Positions 13,117-27,294 are shown, numbered from the stretch's first letter. The stretch is DNA of 64,000 nucleotides from Eledone cirrhosa (GCA_964016885.1 OZ024752.1:19716001-19780000); one strand, 5' to 3'. Made by a program: numbers and translations. The notes: generated by a model from the letters alone, not told the origin.

Positions 13117-14103
13117 ATATATTACAACCAGTCAATTATATACATATTTATATAAATAGATAAAAATATTATTGGTGATTATACATGCTGTTATTAATTC
13201 AAATATAATTTAAGGGCTACGAAGGATATTGTGTTTACATTTTCAATATATAGTTAAGAAAAAGACGTAGTTCGAATTTTATTATAAAAAAACTTTTTGT
13301 ACCTTCAAATAGTTCAATCAAGATAGAAAACATTAAGTTAACGAAAATTATAGAGACTTTAGTATTTATGTTGTTAAGAAGAGAGGATGATTTATGCGTG
13401 CTAGATTATAAAGGAAAAGGAAAGGATAATCCCAAAGTTTATTAGTTACACTATTTACGTTAGATTTGTCATTTATTTTCGAATTTACTTAAAATGTATG
13501 TGGAGAAAATTTTATATATTATTTTATGTATGATTATAAGGTATTTTATATTACATGTTTTCAAAGATGAGAATTTTTTTATATATGTATTTATATATTA
13601 TCTATATAGTCAATTAGGAAGGAAAATATAAGAGACCTCGTGAGTGTATTTAGAAAACTATCACGAAAAAGGATAAATTTCAAAATAACAATTAAAAAAT
13701 ATAAAAAATATCAATTAAGAAAACTAAGAAGAATTTCAATTGGAAGAGAATATTATTTGTAAAAATAATTTGTAAAAATATTACATAAAAAGAAAAATAT
13801 TTAAAAATCACAACTAAACATCAACAGAAGCATATTGAAGACATATAAAATGTGAATAAAGGAATTATATACTATAGATTATAAATACTTCGGAAAGTCA
13901 TTTTTTGGCGATGTCTGAATATTTCTTTTTTTTTAGGTTGATTGAATTTGATAACGATTTTTTTCAGTCTACGCTTCTACTTCATTTGCATATCCATCCT
14001 AAAGATTTGAAATTTTTCTCTTTTTCTTTCACTATCCAAATGGAACCTGAACCGATAAGGTCTGGTTTATCGGGTATGTCACTATTTATAAAACACATTT
14101 TGT

Positions 14104-14166
14104 ATTTTATCTGATGAGAGCGTACCAAAGTTTTTTTTGGTACCCTTGAAATATATATGATAAAAT
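14104..14166 (+). ncRNA. Type I hammerhead ribozyme (family B), cleavage site mutated to UG
   Basis: ATTTTAT CTGATGA GAGC GTACCAAAG..TTTGGTAC CCTT GAAA TATATA TG ATAAAAT. Confidence 0.8.
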
Positions 14167-14231
14167 AAATATAGTTTTATAAATATAGTTTCCATTTATT
14201 AATATCATTGATATATATATATATATATAAA

Positions 14232-15175
14232 CTAGCTGAATTACCCGGCGTTGCCCGGGTTACTGCTGTTCTTATTTCAGATTAGTAAAGAATAAATATG
14301 AAGATATAGATATTTTCAAATAATTATGAGAAAAAAAACATATTTTATGCAAAAAAAATATCAAAATTGTAATGATAATAGAATTTAGAAATGAAAATCT
14401 TTCAATCTTGAAGTACCTTAGGGTAAACAATATTCATTGTGTAATTTTTTGTTGGTGTCCAAAGGAATAAATCGTTGAAACACACCCACACACTCTGACA
14501 TATATATACTAAGACAGACACACACAGACATACATTCACGCATAGCTTTCACTTAACTTTTTTGACAGTCGCTACATATTTAGATGTATGTGTAGATCCG
14601 TGTGTGTTTAATAACGTACATAATGAACGCGTACACACACACTCACAGACACATACATATTCATATACAAAATGTGACGTCGTTGTGTTGTTTTCTATTG
14701 TTTTAATCCAAATGAAAATAAAAATTATCACACATACACTCACACACACACACACTCAAACACACATACTCTCACATACATATACTAAGACAGACACACA
14801 CAGACATATATTCACGCACCATATATTCACGACCTGTCCGTCGTCACATATTTATCTGTATGTGTAGATGTGTGTGTGTGTTTAATTCTCTGAGGCCTAA
14901 CGTACGTAAAGAACTCGAAAACACACACACACTCACAGACACATACACGCTCATATACAAAATGTGACGTCGTGGTGGTGGTGGTGTTGGTTTACTATAG
15001 TTCACCATAGAAATGTTATTTTAGATAAAATATTATATTGTTTTAATCGAACTGAATATAAAAATGACATGTTGACACCCCGGGTCTAATACTTGTAAAA
15101 TTTGATTTGATTTGGTCCAGCCGTTTGAGTATGCATAGGAACAGGCAGATAGACAGACAGACAAAGAATTATATA
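14232..15175 (-). mobile_element. Non-autonomous Helitron
   Basis: Minus-strand 3' end ACCCGGGCAACGCCGGGT hairpin then AATTCAGCTAG|T; 5' end with (CTGT)n and AACGGCTGGACC..ATCAAATTT. Confidence 0.8.
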
Positions 15176-15176
15176 T

Positions 15177-15500
15177 ATAAGGAAAAAAGATGAAATCGAA
15201 AATGCAACTGGAGTCTTTTTTAAAATATTTATTTGGTTCCTTTACCGGTTTCGCAGTTATTGTGCTTTTCCGAGCCACTTTTTTCCATATGAAACAGAAG
15301 TAACACTCGAACACCAACTAGATGCGAGAAAAACCACAAACCCTCAATCTCAATTCTACTTTTGAAAAGCACAAGAACTGCGAAACCGGTAAACGCACCA
15401 AATAAATATTTTTTAAAAAGACTCCAGTTGCATTTTGGATTTCATATTTTTTCCTTATACTTTAACTCGTTTTTTTTTCATTTTGTAAAAAAACCCTCAT
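15177..15500. mobile_element. Fold-back family C: ~95 bp inverted arms (15177-15270, 15364-15460) plus tail
   Basis: Arms are reverse complements; homolog at 56035-56240 on the minus strand. Confidence 0.8.
15359..15394 (+). ncRNA. Minimal type I hammerhead with U3-A8 core (family C)
   Basis: CTT TTGAAAA GCAC AAGAA CTGC GAAA CCGG TA AAC. Confidence 0.6.
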
Positions 15501-15524
15501 TTTCTAATATATATATATATATAT

Positions 15525-16036
15525 ATACAAATGAATATATGATAGGGATAAACACTGATACAAGTATACATGTGTTCGCATTGCAAATGACCAAGTTAGC
15601 TAGATTGAAAAATACTAATTAAAATAATACGGTTTGCCTGTCTCGATTTAAAATAATAAATCAATAAAAACAAACCTATATTGGCAATAGCCGTGATACC
15701 TGGACAAATTTAAAATTTAAAATTTAAAATTTGTTTCGCAACAATTAAGTGAAAGTTCCTATTCCTGTGCTCTTCTGCAGGTATCCAGAAATTGGTAAGT
15801 TTCACTTCAAAATACTATTGCCAATATAGGTTTGTTTTTATTGATTTATTATTATAAATCGAGACAGGCAAACCGTATTATTTTAATTAGTATTTTTCAA
15901 TCTAGCTAACTTGGTCATTTGCAATGCGAACACATGTATACTTGTATCAGTGTTTATCCCTATCATATATTCATTTGTATTACACGGCTCAGAAATATTC
16001 CTTCCTTTGTAAAAGACTATTTGAGTTTATAACTCT
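15525..16036. mobile_element. Fold-back family D: ~165 bp near-perfect inverted arms (15525-15690, 15815-15980) plus right tail
   Basis: Arms are reverse complements; single arm plus tail homolog at 46960-47165. Confidence 0.85.
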
Positions 16037-16041
16037 ATATA

Positions 16042-16074
<33 letters not shown>

Positions 16075-16257
16075 CTTTCAGCGACTGTCCCCATTCATGC
16101 CTTGAAACGTCAGACATAAATAAGCCTGTATATTAGTGTGTAAATATCTAAATATAAATATGTTTTATATACACGCACACTCACGCACTTACAAAACTTG
16201 TAACAAAGCTTTTGTTTCACTAGGTGGGGGGAGTCATATGCATCTCTATCCAGTATA

Positions 16258-16822
16258 AATAATTGTTTCTACTTTTGGCACAAGGCCAGCAATTATCCCA
16301 GTACATTACTGGTACTTTTTTTATCGACCCCATAAGGATGAAAGGCAAAGTTAACCTCGGCGGGATTTAAACTCAGATCGTAAAGGGACGTAACTATGCT
16401 GGAAAGCATGTCCGACGCTCTACCGAGTGTAAATAATGGTTTCTGATTGAGACACAAGGCCAACAATTTTAGGGGAGGGGAAAGTCCTAGTGCATTACTG
16501 GTACTTTATTTTATCGACGCCGTAAAAATCTAAGGTAAAGTTAATCTCGACGGGATTTGAACAGAGAACGTATAGGGTCGTAACTCTATGCCCCAAAGCA
16601 TGTTGTCCGACGCTCTACCGAAACTTCCAATGCACTGCCCTCTTTCTAGTATAAATAACGGTTTCTTATTTAGGCACAAGGCCAGCAATTACCTAGTGCA
16701 TTACTGGTACTTTATTTTATCGACCCCGTAAGTATGAAAGGCAAGTATAAATAACGGTTTCTGATTTAGGCACAAGGCCACTGAGTAATTGCTGGCCTTG
16801 TGCTAAAAGTAGAAACAATTAT
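16258..16822 (-). mobile_element. Head-to-tail SINE cluster (three copies plus inverted fragment)
   Basis: Repeated GGCACAAGGCCAGCAATT..ATTACTGGTACTTTATTTTATCGAC. Confidence 0.85.
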
Positions 16823-17232
16823 TATATACATATATACACACACACGTGTGTGTGTGTGTGTGCGTGTGCGTGTGTGCGGGCCTGCGTGCGTGTTCGTCAA
16901 AATTAGATCAATGGAATAAATTCAAGACTTGAAAAAAATGTACTGGGCCGTTATGTTCGATTAAAATCCCTTAAAAATTGTGCCCCAGCATAGCTACATT
17001 CTACTAAAACAAGTAAAATAGTAAAAGAATATAAATACTGAGTAAAACAGCCTGAATGGAAATAATTATCTGGCTAACTCTAACTCACTCTTAACCCTTT
17101 CATGTTGAAGAATTTTTCTGCAGAACTAATCTAACGTTTTATCCACTCTTTATTTTTACATCACTAAATATAAACGTTAATTAATTGATAATTTAATTAC
17201 TAAAGCACTCAGCCATTAATAAAGTTCCATAT

Positions 17233-18415
17233 TTCAACCAGACTGCTTCCCTGCCGGGCAAGCCTTCAACCAGACTGCCTCCCTGCCGGGCAAGCCTTCA
17301 ACCAGACTGCCTCCCTGCCAGGCAAGCCTTCAACCAGACTGCCTCCCTGCCGGGCAAGCCTTCAACCAGACTGCCTCCCTGCCGGGCAAGCTTCAACTAG
17401 ACTGCCTTCCTGCCAGGCAAGCCTTCAACCAGACTGCCTCCCTGCCAGGCAAGCCTTCAACCAGACTGCCTCCCTGCCGGGCAAGCCTTCAACCAGACTG
17501 CCTCCCTGCCGGGCAAGCCTTCAACCAGACTGCCTCCCTGCCAGGCAAGCCTTCAACCAGACTGCCTCCCTGCCGGGCAAGCCTTCAACCAGACTGCCTC
17601 CCTGCCGGGCAAGCCTTCAACTAGACTGCCTTCCTGCCAGGCAAGCCTTCAACTAGACTGCCTCCCTGCCAGGCAAGCCTTCAACTAGACTGCCTCCCTG
17701 CCAGGCAAGCCTTCAACTAGACTGCCTCCCTGCCAGGCAAGCCTTCAACTAGACTGCCTCCCTGCCAGGCAAGCCTTCAACTAGACTGCCTCCCTGCCAG
17801 GCAAGCCTTCAACTAGACTGCCTCCCTGCCAGGCAAGCCTTCAACTAGACTGCCTTCCTGCCAGGCAAGCCTTCAACTAGACTGCCTCCCTGCCAGGCAA
17901 GCCTTCAACTAGACTGCCTCCCTGCCAGGCAAGCCTTCAACTAGACTGCCTCCCTGCCAGGCAAGCCTTCAACTAGACTGCCTCCCTGCCAGGCAAGCCT
18001 TCAACCACACTGCCTCCCTGCCAGGCAAGCCTTCAACCAGACTGCCTCCCTGCCGGGCAAGCCTTCAACTAGACTGCCTCCCTGCCAGGCAAGCCTTCAA
18101 CTAGACTGCCTCCCTGCCAGGCAAGCCTTCAACTAGACTGCCTCCCTGCCAGGCAAGCCTTCAACTAGACTGCCTCCCTGCCAGGCAAGCCTTCAACTAG
18201 ACTGCCTCCCTGCCAGGCAAGCCTTCAACTAGACTGCCTCCCTGCCAGGCAAGCCTTCAACTAGACTGCCTCCCTGCCAGGCAAGCCTTCAACTAGACTG
18301 CCTCCCTGCCAGGCAAGCCTTCAACTAGACTGCCTCCCTGCCAGGCAAGCCTTCAACTAGACTGCCTCCCTGCCAGGCAAGCCTTCAACTAGACTGCCTT
18401 CCTGCCAGGCAAGCC
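17233..18415. repeat. 32 bp GC-rich minisatellite, about 37 copies
   Basis: Unit TTCAACYAGACTGCCTCCCTGCCRGGCAAGCC, contiguous with no spacers. Confidence 0.97.
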
Positions 18416-18449
18416 GAAATTCTCTTTTATAGCCTTTTTCCAACCATAA

Positions 18450-19478
18450 TCTGTATATATATAAAATAAAGTGTATGTGTGTGTGTGTGTCTGTATATTA
18501 CCTATAGGGGCCTACATCTCACGACCGATTTTCATGAAACTTTACAGGCTCATAGATTAGTCATCGGGGAGTGTTTTCTATATATCAGCGTATCGTTTTT
18601 TTTTTTTATTCCGGGGTCATTCTGCAGATAAAAATCGATGGGGGGGGGGGGGGGGTGTCACATTTTTTTAAGTATCGAAAAATAAGATTTTGGGCTCTAA
18701 CTCCCACATTTTGCCACCGATTTCGTTCAAATTTTAAAGCAAAATAGAATTTATCATTGCACATCCTGTAATGGCTTTATATTTTGCATTTGTTGTTCAG
18801 GGACGGCGTGGCAGCCGCTTAAATATTAAAAAATATCACTTTTAGACTCAAATTTCCACTTTTTCGGCTCTAGCTCCCACATTAATCAACCTACTTTGTT
18901 CAAATTTAATACTACGCTAGATCTGATTATTTCACGTCTTAAAGTGGCTTTACATTTTGGATGTTTTGTTCAGAAACGGCGTGGTAGCCGCTTAAATATT
19001 CGAAAATACCACCTTTTCGCTCAAATTTCCGCCTTTTCGGCTCTCGCTCCCACATTTTAAAACCGATTTCATTCAAATTCGAAATTTCGGCTCCACCTCA
19101 CACACAAATCAATTTATTTGGTTCAACTTTTATACTACGATAGAACCTATCATTGCACATCTTATAGATGGTCAAAGACAAAACGATGGCCACTGACGTC
19201 GTCTGAGCTTTTAGTTGTGTATTTGAGAATTCATCCGTTTCCAATCAAGTAGCGTGAGGAAATTTGGCTTAGTGTTAGAGGTCATTACCTCCCTCCCCCA
19301 GCATGCCCCTTCGTCAGTCGCCCGCGTTTCTCAGTGATAGAGGTCATCACCACCCTCCCCTGCATGGCCTGTGTGTGGCCATAGATGAGTCATCGAGAAG
19401 CAGTCGCTAAGATCAACACCTTTTCATCAAAGCAGATATTATTTTACCTACCCAGGCAACGCTGGGTACTGCTGCTAG
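18450..19478 (+). mobile_element. Non-autonomous Helitron
   Basis: A|TC start, (GT)n and CCGATTTTCATGAAACTTT near the 5' end, TACCCAG-GCAACG-CTGGGTA hairpin then CTAG|T. Confidence 0.88.
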
Positions 19479-20196
19479 TATTTAATACAATTATACGTTG
19501 TAAACTTCCGCTTTGATCTTTAAAGCTGCTAACACACAACTTCTATTTGATAGGAGACATTTATTTAAACACATGTTCTATTTGATAGGAGACACTTATT
19601 TAAACACGTTCTATTTGATATGCGGCACATTATGTGTACTAATGTTTTATTGTCCTTTCTCTAGCAAGCTCATTACTGTCAATTATTTTGTCATATTTGT
19701 TACACACACGTGTTTATAGCGGACAGCTGACATTGTTGAAGACTTTAGTAGTGGAGAAATGTATCAACACAAAAGGAAATAGTCTGAACGTAGGGTTATT
19801 ACTGATAGAACAGTAGAAGCGCTTGTCCCCCTAAAATAGGATTAAAGGTTCTTGTTTAAAGAATCGCATTTCATAAATTTCTGCCTAAAAAATTAAAAAG
19901 AAACAGAACATGATTGACTATTTAAATCCTCAAGTTGTCAAGATACGGGCCTCCCTTAAATTGGTTTATCATCAAATCCATGGCAATGAAAACATCTGGC
20001 GTCGGGGTCTTTGAACCCCACCCCCTTACTTGCAGCGATCGAGATGGAGAAGGTCTTCACAGTTCTGTCCATAGAGACGATGTGGCAACAGCCACCTCAT
20101 GTTTTGCAAAATATATGAGAAGATTTAATATGTCTCATGTTCAGGTTCTGCAAATGTTTCATCATTGAAATCTTAACAGAGCAATACCTAGTCATA

Positions 20197-20814
20197 TAAT
20201 GATTTCTACTTTAGGCACAAGGCCAGAAATTTGGGGGAGGGGAAAGTCGATTAAATCGACCCCAGGGCGTTACTGATACTTTATTTTATCGACCTCGTAA
20301 GGATGAGAGGCAAAGCTAACCTCGGCGGGATTTGAACTCAGAACATAAAAGGCCATAACTCTATGCTGCAAAGCATGGTGTCTGATGCTCTACCGATGCT
20401 GCCAATCCACCGCTCTAGTCACACAATAAACCCCACCACGAATACAAAGGATCTACAAATTGTGAGTTGACTCGTTCTTCTGAGTTCGTTTCTACTGTAA
20501 TGTTATAACTTAAAACACCTGACAGTTGTAATTCTCTAATCCTTGGTTCACAGTCATGACATGTAGACGTCTACTGGTAACGATTCAATGTTAGTGAGGA
20601 TTGAAATCTGCTTTCCGTATGGACATACGGCCTGGCAGAGCCCATCCCTCTCCAGGCCCGAATCGACCCCAGTACTTGACTGGTACTTTTTTTATCGACC
20701 TTGAAAGGATGAAAGGCAAATCTGGTGGGATTTGAACTCAGATAGCAGAGACCCAGAACCGATACCATAAAGCATTCTATCCGACGTTCTAACGACTCTG
20801 CCAATTCGCCGCCT
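20197..20814 (-). mobile_element. Two SINE copies (20197-20415 and 20660-20814)
   Basis: SINE consensus on the minus strand. Confidence 0.8.
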
Positions 20815-20879
20815 TATATTACTTTACTTTGAAACTACAACCTTGCTACTTACTTCCTAGACACTCCATTTGTTTAGAC

Positions 20880-21164
20880 CAATGGTTCCCAAATCGTGTG
20901 CCGCGAGATGTAATTAGATGTGTCACAAAAGACTAAGATTAAGTTTCAAGATCTGAAAAATACTAACTGAAATTCATATGAAAGTTCATATATAGGTGTC
21001 AAAGTGGTAAACATGTAAAGTTTAGGAACAAGATTTGGGGAAAATAACACAATTTCTCAACTCTTTCGAATAAATTTTCGAATATTTGGCACAAAGTTCA
21101 CCAGCATATTTTTTATTTTTTTCAAAAATGCGCGGCGAGTAAAAGAAATGTTTGGAAATCCCTG
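20880..21164. mobile_element. hAT (Charlie-like) MITE
   Basis: Perfect 8 bp TSD GTTTAGAC (20872-20879, 21165-21172); TIRs CAATGGTTCCCAAA and TTTGGAAATCCCTG. Confidence 0.85.
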
Positions 21165-21239
21165 GTTTAGACCTTAGCTGATAACAGCGTTAAAATAGGC
21201 CGAGTTGTGTGGTTAGTCGCTTTAGTACATTGGTAATAC

Positions 21240-21415
21240 GGCTTCTACGACACGGGTAGATGGGAGGTTGGCCTCATATGGCTTCTACGACACGGGTAGA
21301 TAGGAGGTTGGCCTCATACCGCTTCTACGACACGGGTAGATGGGAGGCTGGCCTCATATGGCTTCTATGACACAGGTAGATGGGAGGTACGACACGGGTA
21401 GATGGAAGGTTGGTC
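21240..21415. repeat. 40 bp minisatellite, about 4 copies
   Basis: GCTTCTACGACACGGGTAGATGGGAGGTTGGCCTCATATG. Confidence 0.92.
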
Positions 21416-21499
21416 TCCTACAATCAAGTATCCACTTTTTTCACGTCAAAGAGTTATATTTCTGATTTATTCTCAACCAGTTTATAGTCAAGCTTGTTA

Positions 21500-21815
21500 A
21501 TGGTACCATGTAACCCAGTAAAACCTTCTCCATGGTCAAGTGGTCGGCGACTAAACCGGCTCCACACCAGATCCTAGTATGGTGACGAGGGTAAGTGGTA
21601 TCCCAGCTGCACAGAAAAGAAAAACGAGAGTTGTTAAAAGAGAGAAGGGACTCTTTAGAGTCAAAGGCCATCCACCCCAACTATGGATTAAATAGTCTCA
21701 CCAACCCGCAATTGGTCAAGCAAGGTGGGTACAACTACACCCTTGACAAGACCAAAACCAAACAGAGGGCGGTGTAGGTCAACCAGGGAGGGGTTCCTTC
21801 AACAGAAGTGAGAAG
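21500..21815 (+). mobile_element. Diverged relative of the RTE-type 5' UTR at 11135
   Basis: CATGTAACCCAGT..CATGGTC..GGCGACTAAAC and CTCTTTAGAGTCAAAGGCCATCCA are shared with 11150-11312. Confidence 0.55.
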
Positions 21816-22444
21816 GCCCTAGATTAGATTGTATAGTGAACATTTCTGCGCTGTGGTACTTTACATTACATCAAACCTGACTTAGTTCAATCTTATCACG
21901 TGCTGTGTAGCCGCTCCAGTTTTATTTCTAGTATTATTATTAATTTAGCCTTACTGGGTCGATAAAATAAAGTACCAGTAAGGTACTGGGATAATTGCTG
22001 GCCTTGTGCCAAATGTAGAAACAATTATTATTAATTTAGCCTACAGAGGATTTGTATTTACAATTGCCTGGATTCTCACTCGATTTGTAACAAACAACCC
22101 CCTCCCACCACACACCCCATTAATGTGTGCGTGTGTGGACCTGCGAACATGTGTGTATGTATGTCCGTCTCTGTGTGACGGTGCATGTGTGTATGTATGT
22201 GTCTCTATATTTGTCAGTGAGTGTGTATGTGTGTATGTGTGTGTGCATGCACAGATGACTGTGCGTGTGTGTATGTATATGTGTGTGTATAGTTGTCAGT
22301 GTGCACGCATGTATGTGTATGTGTGTGTTTTGATTAGGAAACTCTAATGCAGAGAGATAATTCATTAAGTCACGCGAGAAACACGGATTACGGGAGTTTA
22401 GAAATAATTTACAACATACAATTAATTTATATACTCCATGTCAA

Positions 22445-22723
22445 CGTAAACTATAGGTTATATCGTAAACTATAAGTAATATCGTAAACTATAGGTAATA
22501 TCGTAAACTATAGGTTATATCGTAAACTATAAGTAATATCGTAAACTATAGGTAATATCGTAAACTATAGGTTATATCGTAAATTATAGGTTATATCGAA
22601 AACTATAGGTAATATCGTAAACTATAGGTTATATCGTAAATTATAGGTTATATCGAAAACTATAGGTAATATCGTAAACTATAGGTTATATCGAAAACTA
22701 TAGGTAATATCGAAAACTATAGG
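22445..22723. repeat. 19 bp minisatellite, about 14 copies
   Basis: CGTAAACTATAGGTWATAT. Confidence 0.95.
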
Positions 22724-22979
22724 CCATGAAGTCTTGGAAAAAACAAACAAAAATTTGTTTCGTTTGCAGAGAATATTATCTAAAATATATTTTTTTTCTT
22801 TTACTCGTTTCAGTCATTTGACTGAGGTCATGCTGGGGTACAACCATATCGACCAGCCACTATACTTATTTTTGTTCGAGTCTGGTACTTATTTTATCGA
22901 ACCCCTCTTGTCGAACCGCTATTACGGTACATGAACACATCACACACACACACACACACCTTATATACATATGATGCGT

Positions 22980-23350
22980 CGGACACTCTGATTTGTGGCA
23001 GAGAGTTACGGCCCTTTACGTTCTTAGATAATGCCACCTAGGTTAGCTTTGCCTTTTATCCTTATGGGGTCGATGAAAATAAAGTACCAGTAACAAACTG
23101 GTCGATTTATTCGACTTTCCCCTCCCCCAAAAGTGCTGGCCTTCTACCTAAATCAGAAACCATTATGGATTGACAGTATCGGTAGAGGGTCGGACGCCAT
23201 GCTTTCCAGCATAGTTACGTCCCTTTACGATCTGAGTTCAAATCCCGCCGAGGTTAACTTTGCCTTTCATCCTTACGGGGTCGATAAAATAAAGTACCAG
23301 TAATGCACTGGGTAATTGCTGACCTTGTGCCTAAAGTAGAAACAATTATA
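22980..23350 (+). mobile_element. Two tandem SINE copies
   Basis: SINE consensus twice on the plus strand. Confidence 0.8.
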
Positions 23351-23552
23351 TATATATGATCGGCTTCAATTTCCATCTAGCAAGTTTCACTGACAAAGCA
23401 CTGGTTAACCCGTGGCATTTGTAAACACTTGCCCATGGTGCTGTGCAATGGAACTTGGTTGTGACGCGATGTCCTTAACCACACAGCCATGCCTGCGCCT
23501 GGCTATTTAAATAATACTTTAAATATGCACACAAGCAAAATTAACTAGGAAC

Positions 23553-24080
23553 TATAATTGTTTCTACTTTTGGCACAAGGCCAGCAATTATCCCAGTGTA
23601 TTACTGGTACTTTATTTTATCGACCCTCGAAAGGATGAAAGGCAAAGTTAACCTCGGCAGGATTTGAATTCAGAACGTAAAGAGCCATAACTCTGTGTTG
23701 CAAAGCATGGCGTCTGACGTTCTACCGATACTGCCAATCCACCGCAATTAGCTACGAAATATAATTGTTTCTACTTTTGGCACAAGGCCAGCAATTATCC
23801 CAGTGTATTACTGGTACTTTAATTTTATCGACCCCGTAAGGATGAAAGGCAAAGTTAACCTCGACGGGATTTGAACTCAGATCATAAAGGGGCGTAACTT
23901 TATGCTGCAAAGCTTGGCGTCTGACGTTCTAACGATACTGCCAAATTAGCTATGAAATATAATTGTTTTTACTTTTGGCACAAGGCCAGCAATTATCCCA
24001 GTGCATTACTGGTACTTTATTTTATCGACCCCGTAAGGATGAAAGGCAAAGTTAACCTCGGCGGAATTTGAACTCAGAAT
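23553..24080 (-). mobile_element. Three head-to-tail SINE copies running into the gap
   Basis: ~200 bp unit including a shared linker AATTAGCTA.GAAATATAATTGTT. Confidence 0.85.
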
Positions 24081-24086
24081 TAGCTA

Positions 24087-24286
24087 NNNNNNNNNNNNNN
24101 NNNNNNNNNNNNNNNNNNNNNNNNNNNNNNNNNNNNNNNNNNNNNNNNNNNNNNNNNNNNNNNNNNNNNNNNNNNNNNNNNNNNNNNNNNNNNNNNNNNN
24201 NNNNNNNNNNNNNNNNNNNNNNNNNNNNNNNNNNNNNNNNNNNNNNNNNNNNNNNNNNNNNNNNNNNNNNNNNNNNNNNNNNNNNN
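24087..24286. other. Assembly gap (200 N)
   Basis: Run of N. Confidence 0.99.
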
Positions 24287-25245
<959 letters not shown>

Positions 25246-25249
25246 TAAA

Positions 25250-26280
25250 GTGAAATGACAGGAGGCCAAGTATGTTGAATTTCCTTAATTATTTATTTCT
25301 GCAAACACTATGCACGTTTCAGTGGCCAGGTGGCGTAAGAACCCGTTGACATCATCAGGTGTAAATTGCGTAATAGATGTATACCAACGGAACGAAGGTA
25401 AACTTTAAGGAAACAAGCAAAAAAACAAAAAAAAAACAGGAAAAAGTGTGCTATGCTTTTGACCCAGAGACGGACGATGTAGCATGCTGCTACATTGGTC
25501 GTCCGCCTCTGAGTGGGGTTGTTTTTAACAAACCTTGGCTAGCGGGTAGGGGAATGTATAATTTCACTGGGTGAGTTAATACTATCTCCCAACTCCAGCA
25601 GGCCAGAGAGGAGGTGAGTATCGTGTTACAGAGAATGGTAATTCGCCTGGGTCAAACTAAGGTCTATGCACTCATGGGAAGGATACAACATACGAGGGAG
25701 GGACCAGGAATATATCAAGTAGAGGAAAACTCCGGTTAGAAATGTATATAAGTTGGAGTTAGTTTTAATCTTCAATTCCTAAAATTAATTCTGAGTGTAG
25801 ACCAGTTACGTTAATGATTCCAATTATAGAGTTGTGTAACTCAGGGACCAAATAAGACAAATAACACAACGTTAAGTTAAGCTCAGTTGCTATCTGCTTC
25901 GGATTTTCTTCATAGTCCAATGTTATATTATATTACGATAGTAGTAAGGTATGGTGATTAACAACTGAGAAAGGCGACCCTCCAACACACACAGGGCCCA
26001 AGCCGACCCTTCCGAGTAATTACGGTTTACCGTAGAAAAGGTAAATTTAGTTTATTTCGAAGCACTGAAGGGGGTGGTTAGGCCCAGTCACCCCGATGCA
26101 GCTAGAAGGGTACCCATAGCCAGCCGGTGTCGTAACATGTATTCATAGCCATCCTTGCTAGTGAAGTTAGTGTTAAAGTCGAGAAGTATTAAACTTAAAG
26201 CCACTTGATTCGGGCAGACACCGAAACTCTCAACAGATTGAGTAGCGTTTTCCTTGATCTTTCATCTACGGACTTCTACA
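25250..26280 (-). mobile_element. Decayed, internally deleted Penelope-like element
   Basis: Minus-strand NFTSKDGYEYMLRHRLAMGTLLAA (RT GxAMG region) near 26100-26170 and NRSFPLLDIF (LPFLD-like) near 25710-25740; hammerhead at the 3' end; ends in (TA)n. Confidence 0.6.
25305..25362 (-). ncRNA. Type I hammerhead ribozyme (family E)
   Basis: ACAC CTGATGA TGTCAACGGG..CCTGGCCACT GAAA CGTGCA TA GTGT followed by AATAAA. Confidence 0.75.
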
Positions 26281-26328
26281 CACACTCTCTCTCTCTCTCA
26301 CACACACATACACCGTCTCACACATACA

Positions 26329-26381
<53 letters not shown>

Positions 26382-26389
26382 GTGTGTGT

Positions 26390-26457
<68 letters not shown>

Positions 26458-26828
26458 ATCAGATCAACTATGATGTTTCTTCTCCAAATTAAAGGAGAAG
26501 AAATAATTTTATACGCTTAAATGAAAATTAAAGCAGCAAAATATTGCCGGAAACCACGTTAAATGAAGAAAGCAGCTTTTTATTATTTCCGCCATCTTAA
26601 TCCATTTATTTCGAATTTTTCAGGCAAGCGCGCACACACACACCCCCACACACACATGCATGCATGCACAGAGATGCATACGCACAGAGACGCACGCATA
26701 CATGCACACACACCCTTAGCATATTTGTAATTCCAATATATTTAGCTATAGATATCCCTAAAATCGTATGCAATTACTAACACAAACATTACGCCCAAAT
26801 ACACACAGACACACACACACAGATATAG

Positions 26829-26862
<34 letters not shown>

Positions 26863-27257
26863 CTTCACCAATACACACACACAGATATATATATATATAT
26901 GTGTGTGTGTGTGTCTCCACCAATACACACACACATATATATATATATATGTGTGTGTGTGTGTCTCCACCAATACACACACAGATATATGTGTGTCCCC
27001 ACCAACACACACACACAGCCAGACGTATATGTAGTTTTATAATAATTCATTATATTTATACTAGGTTGTATTGCCCTAAATCCATACATTCAAATAGACA
27101 CACACTCTCTTTCACACGCACACACATTCACATACATTCTCTCTCCCTCTCTCACACACAAACACATATACACATACTCTCTCTCACACACACACAAACC
27201 CACATTCACACACACTCAAACACATACGCACACTCCCTCTCTCTCGCCTTCACACAC

Positions 27258-27294
<37 letters not shown>

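Larger units (their letters stand above)
12408..14214. mobile_element. Fold-back family B: ~255 bp inverted arms (12495-12751, 13951-14214) each with a hammerhead, tail on the left only
   Basis: Arms are reverse complements; tail 12408-12494 also precedes the copy at 41298. Confidence 0.85.

Noticed and set aside
16075-16120. GAAACGTCAGA hammerhead 3' half
   Set aside because: No CUGANGA-like core or stem II upstream
17233-18415. CRISPR-like 32 bp repeat array
   Set aside because: Units are contiguous with no unique spacers, no cas genes, eukaryotic context
19930-20170. Possible host exon on the minus strand (GTAAGG donor)
   Set aside because: No open frame from a plausible acceptor and no recognisable protein
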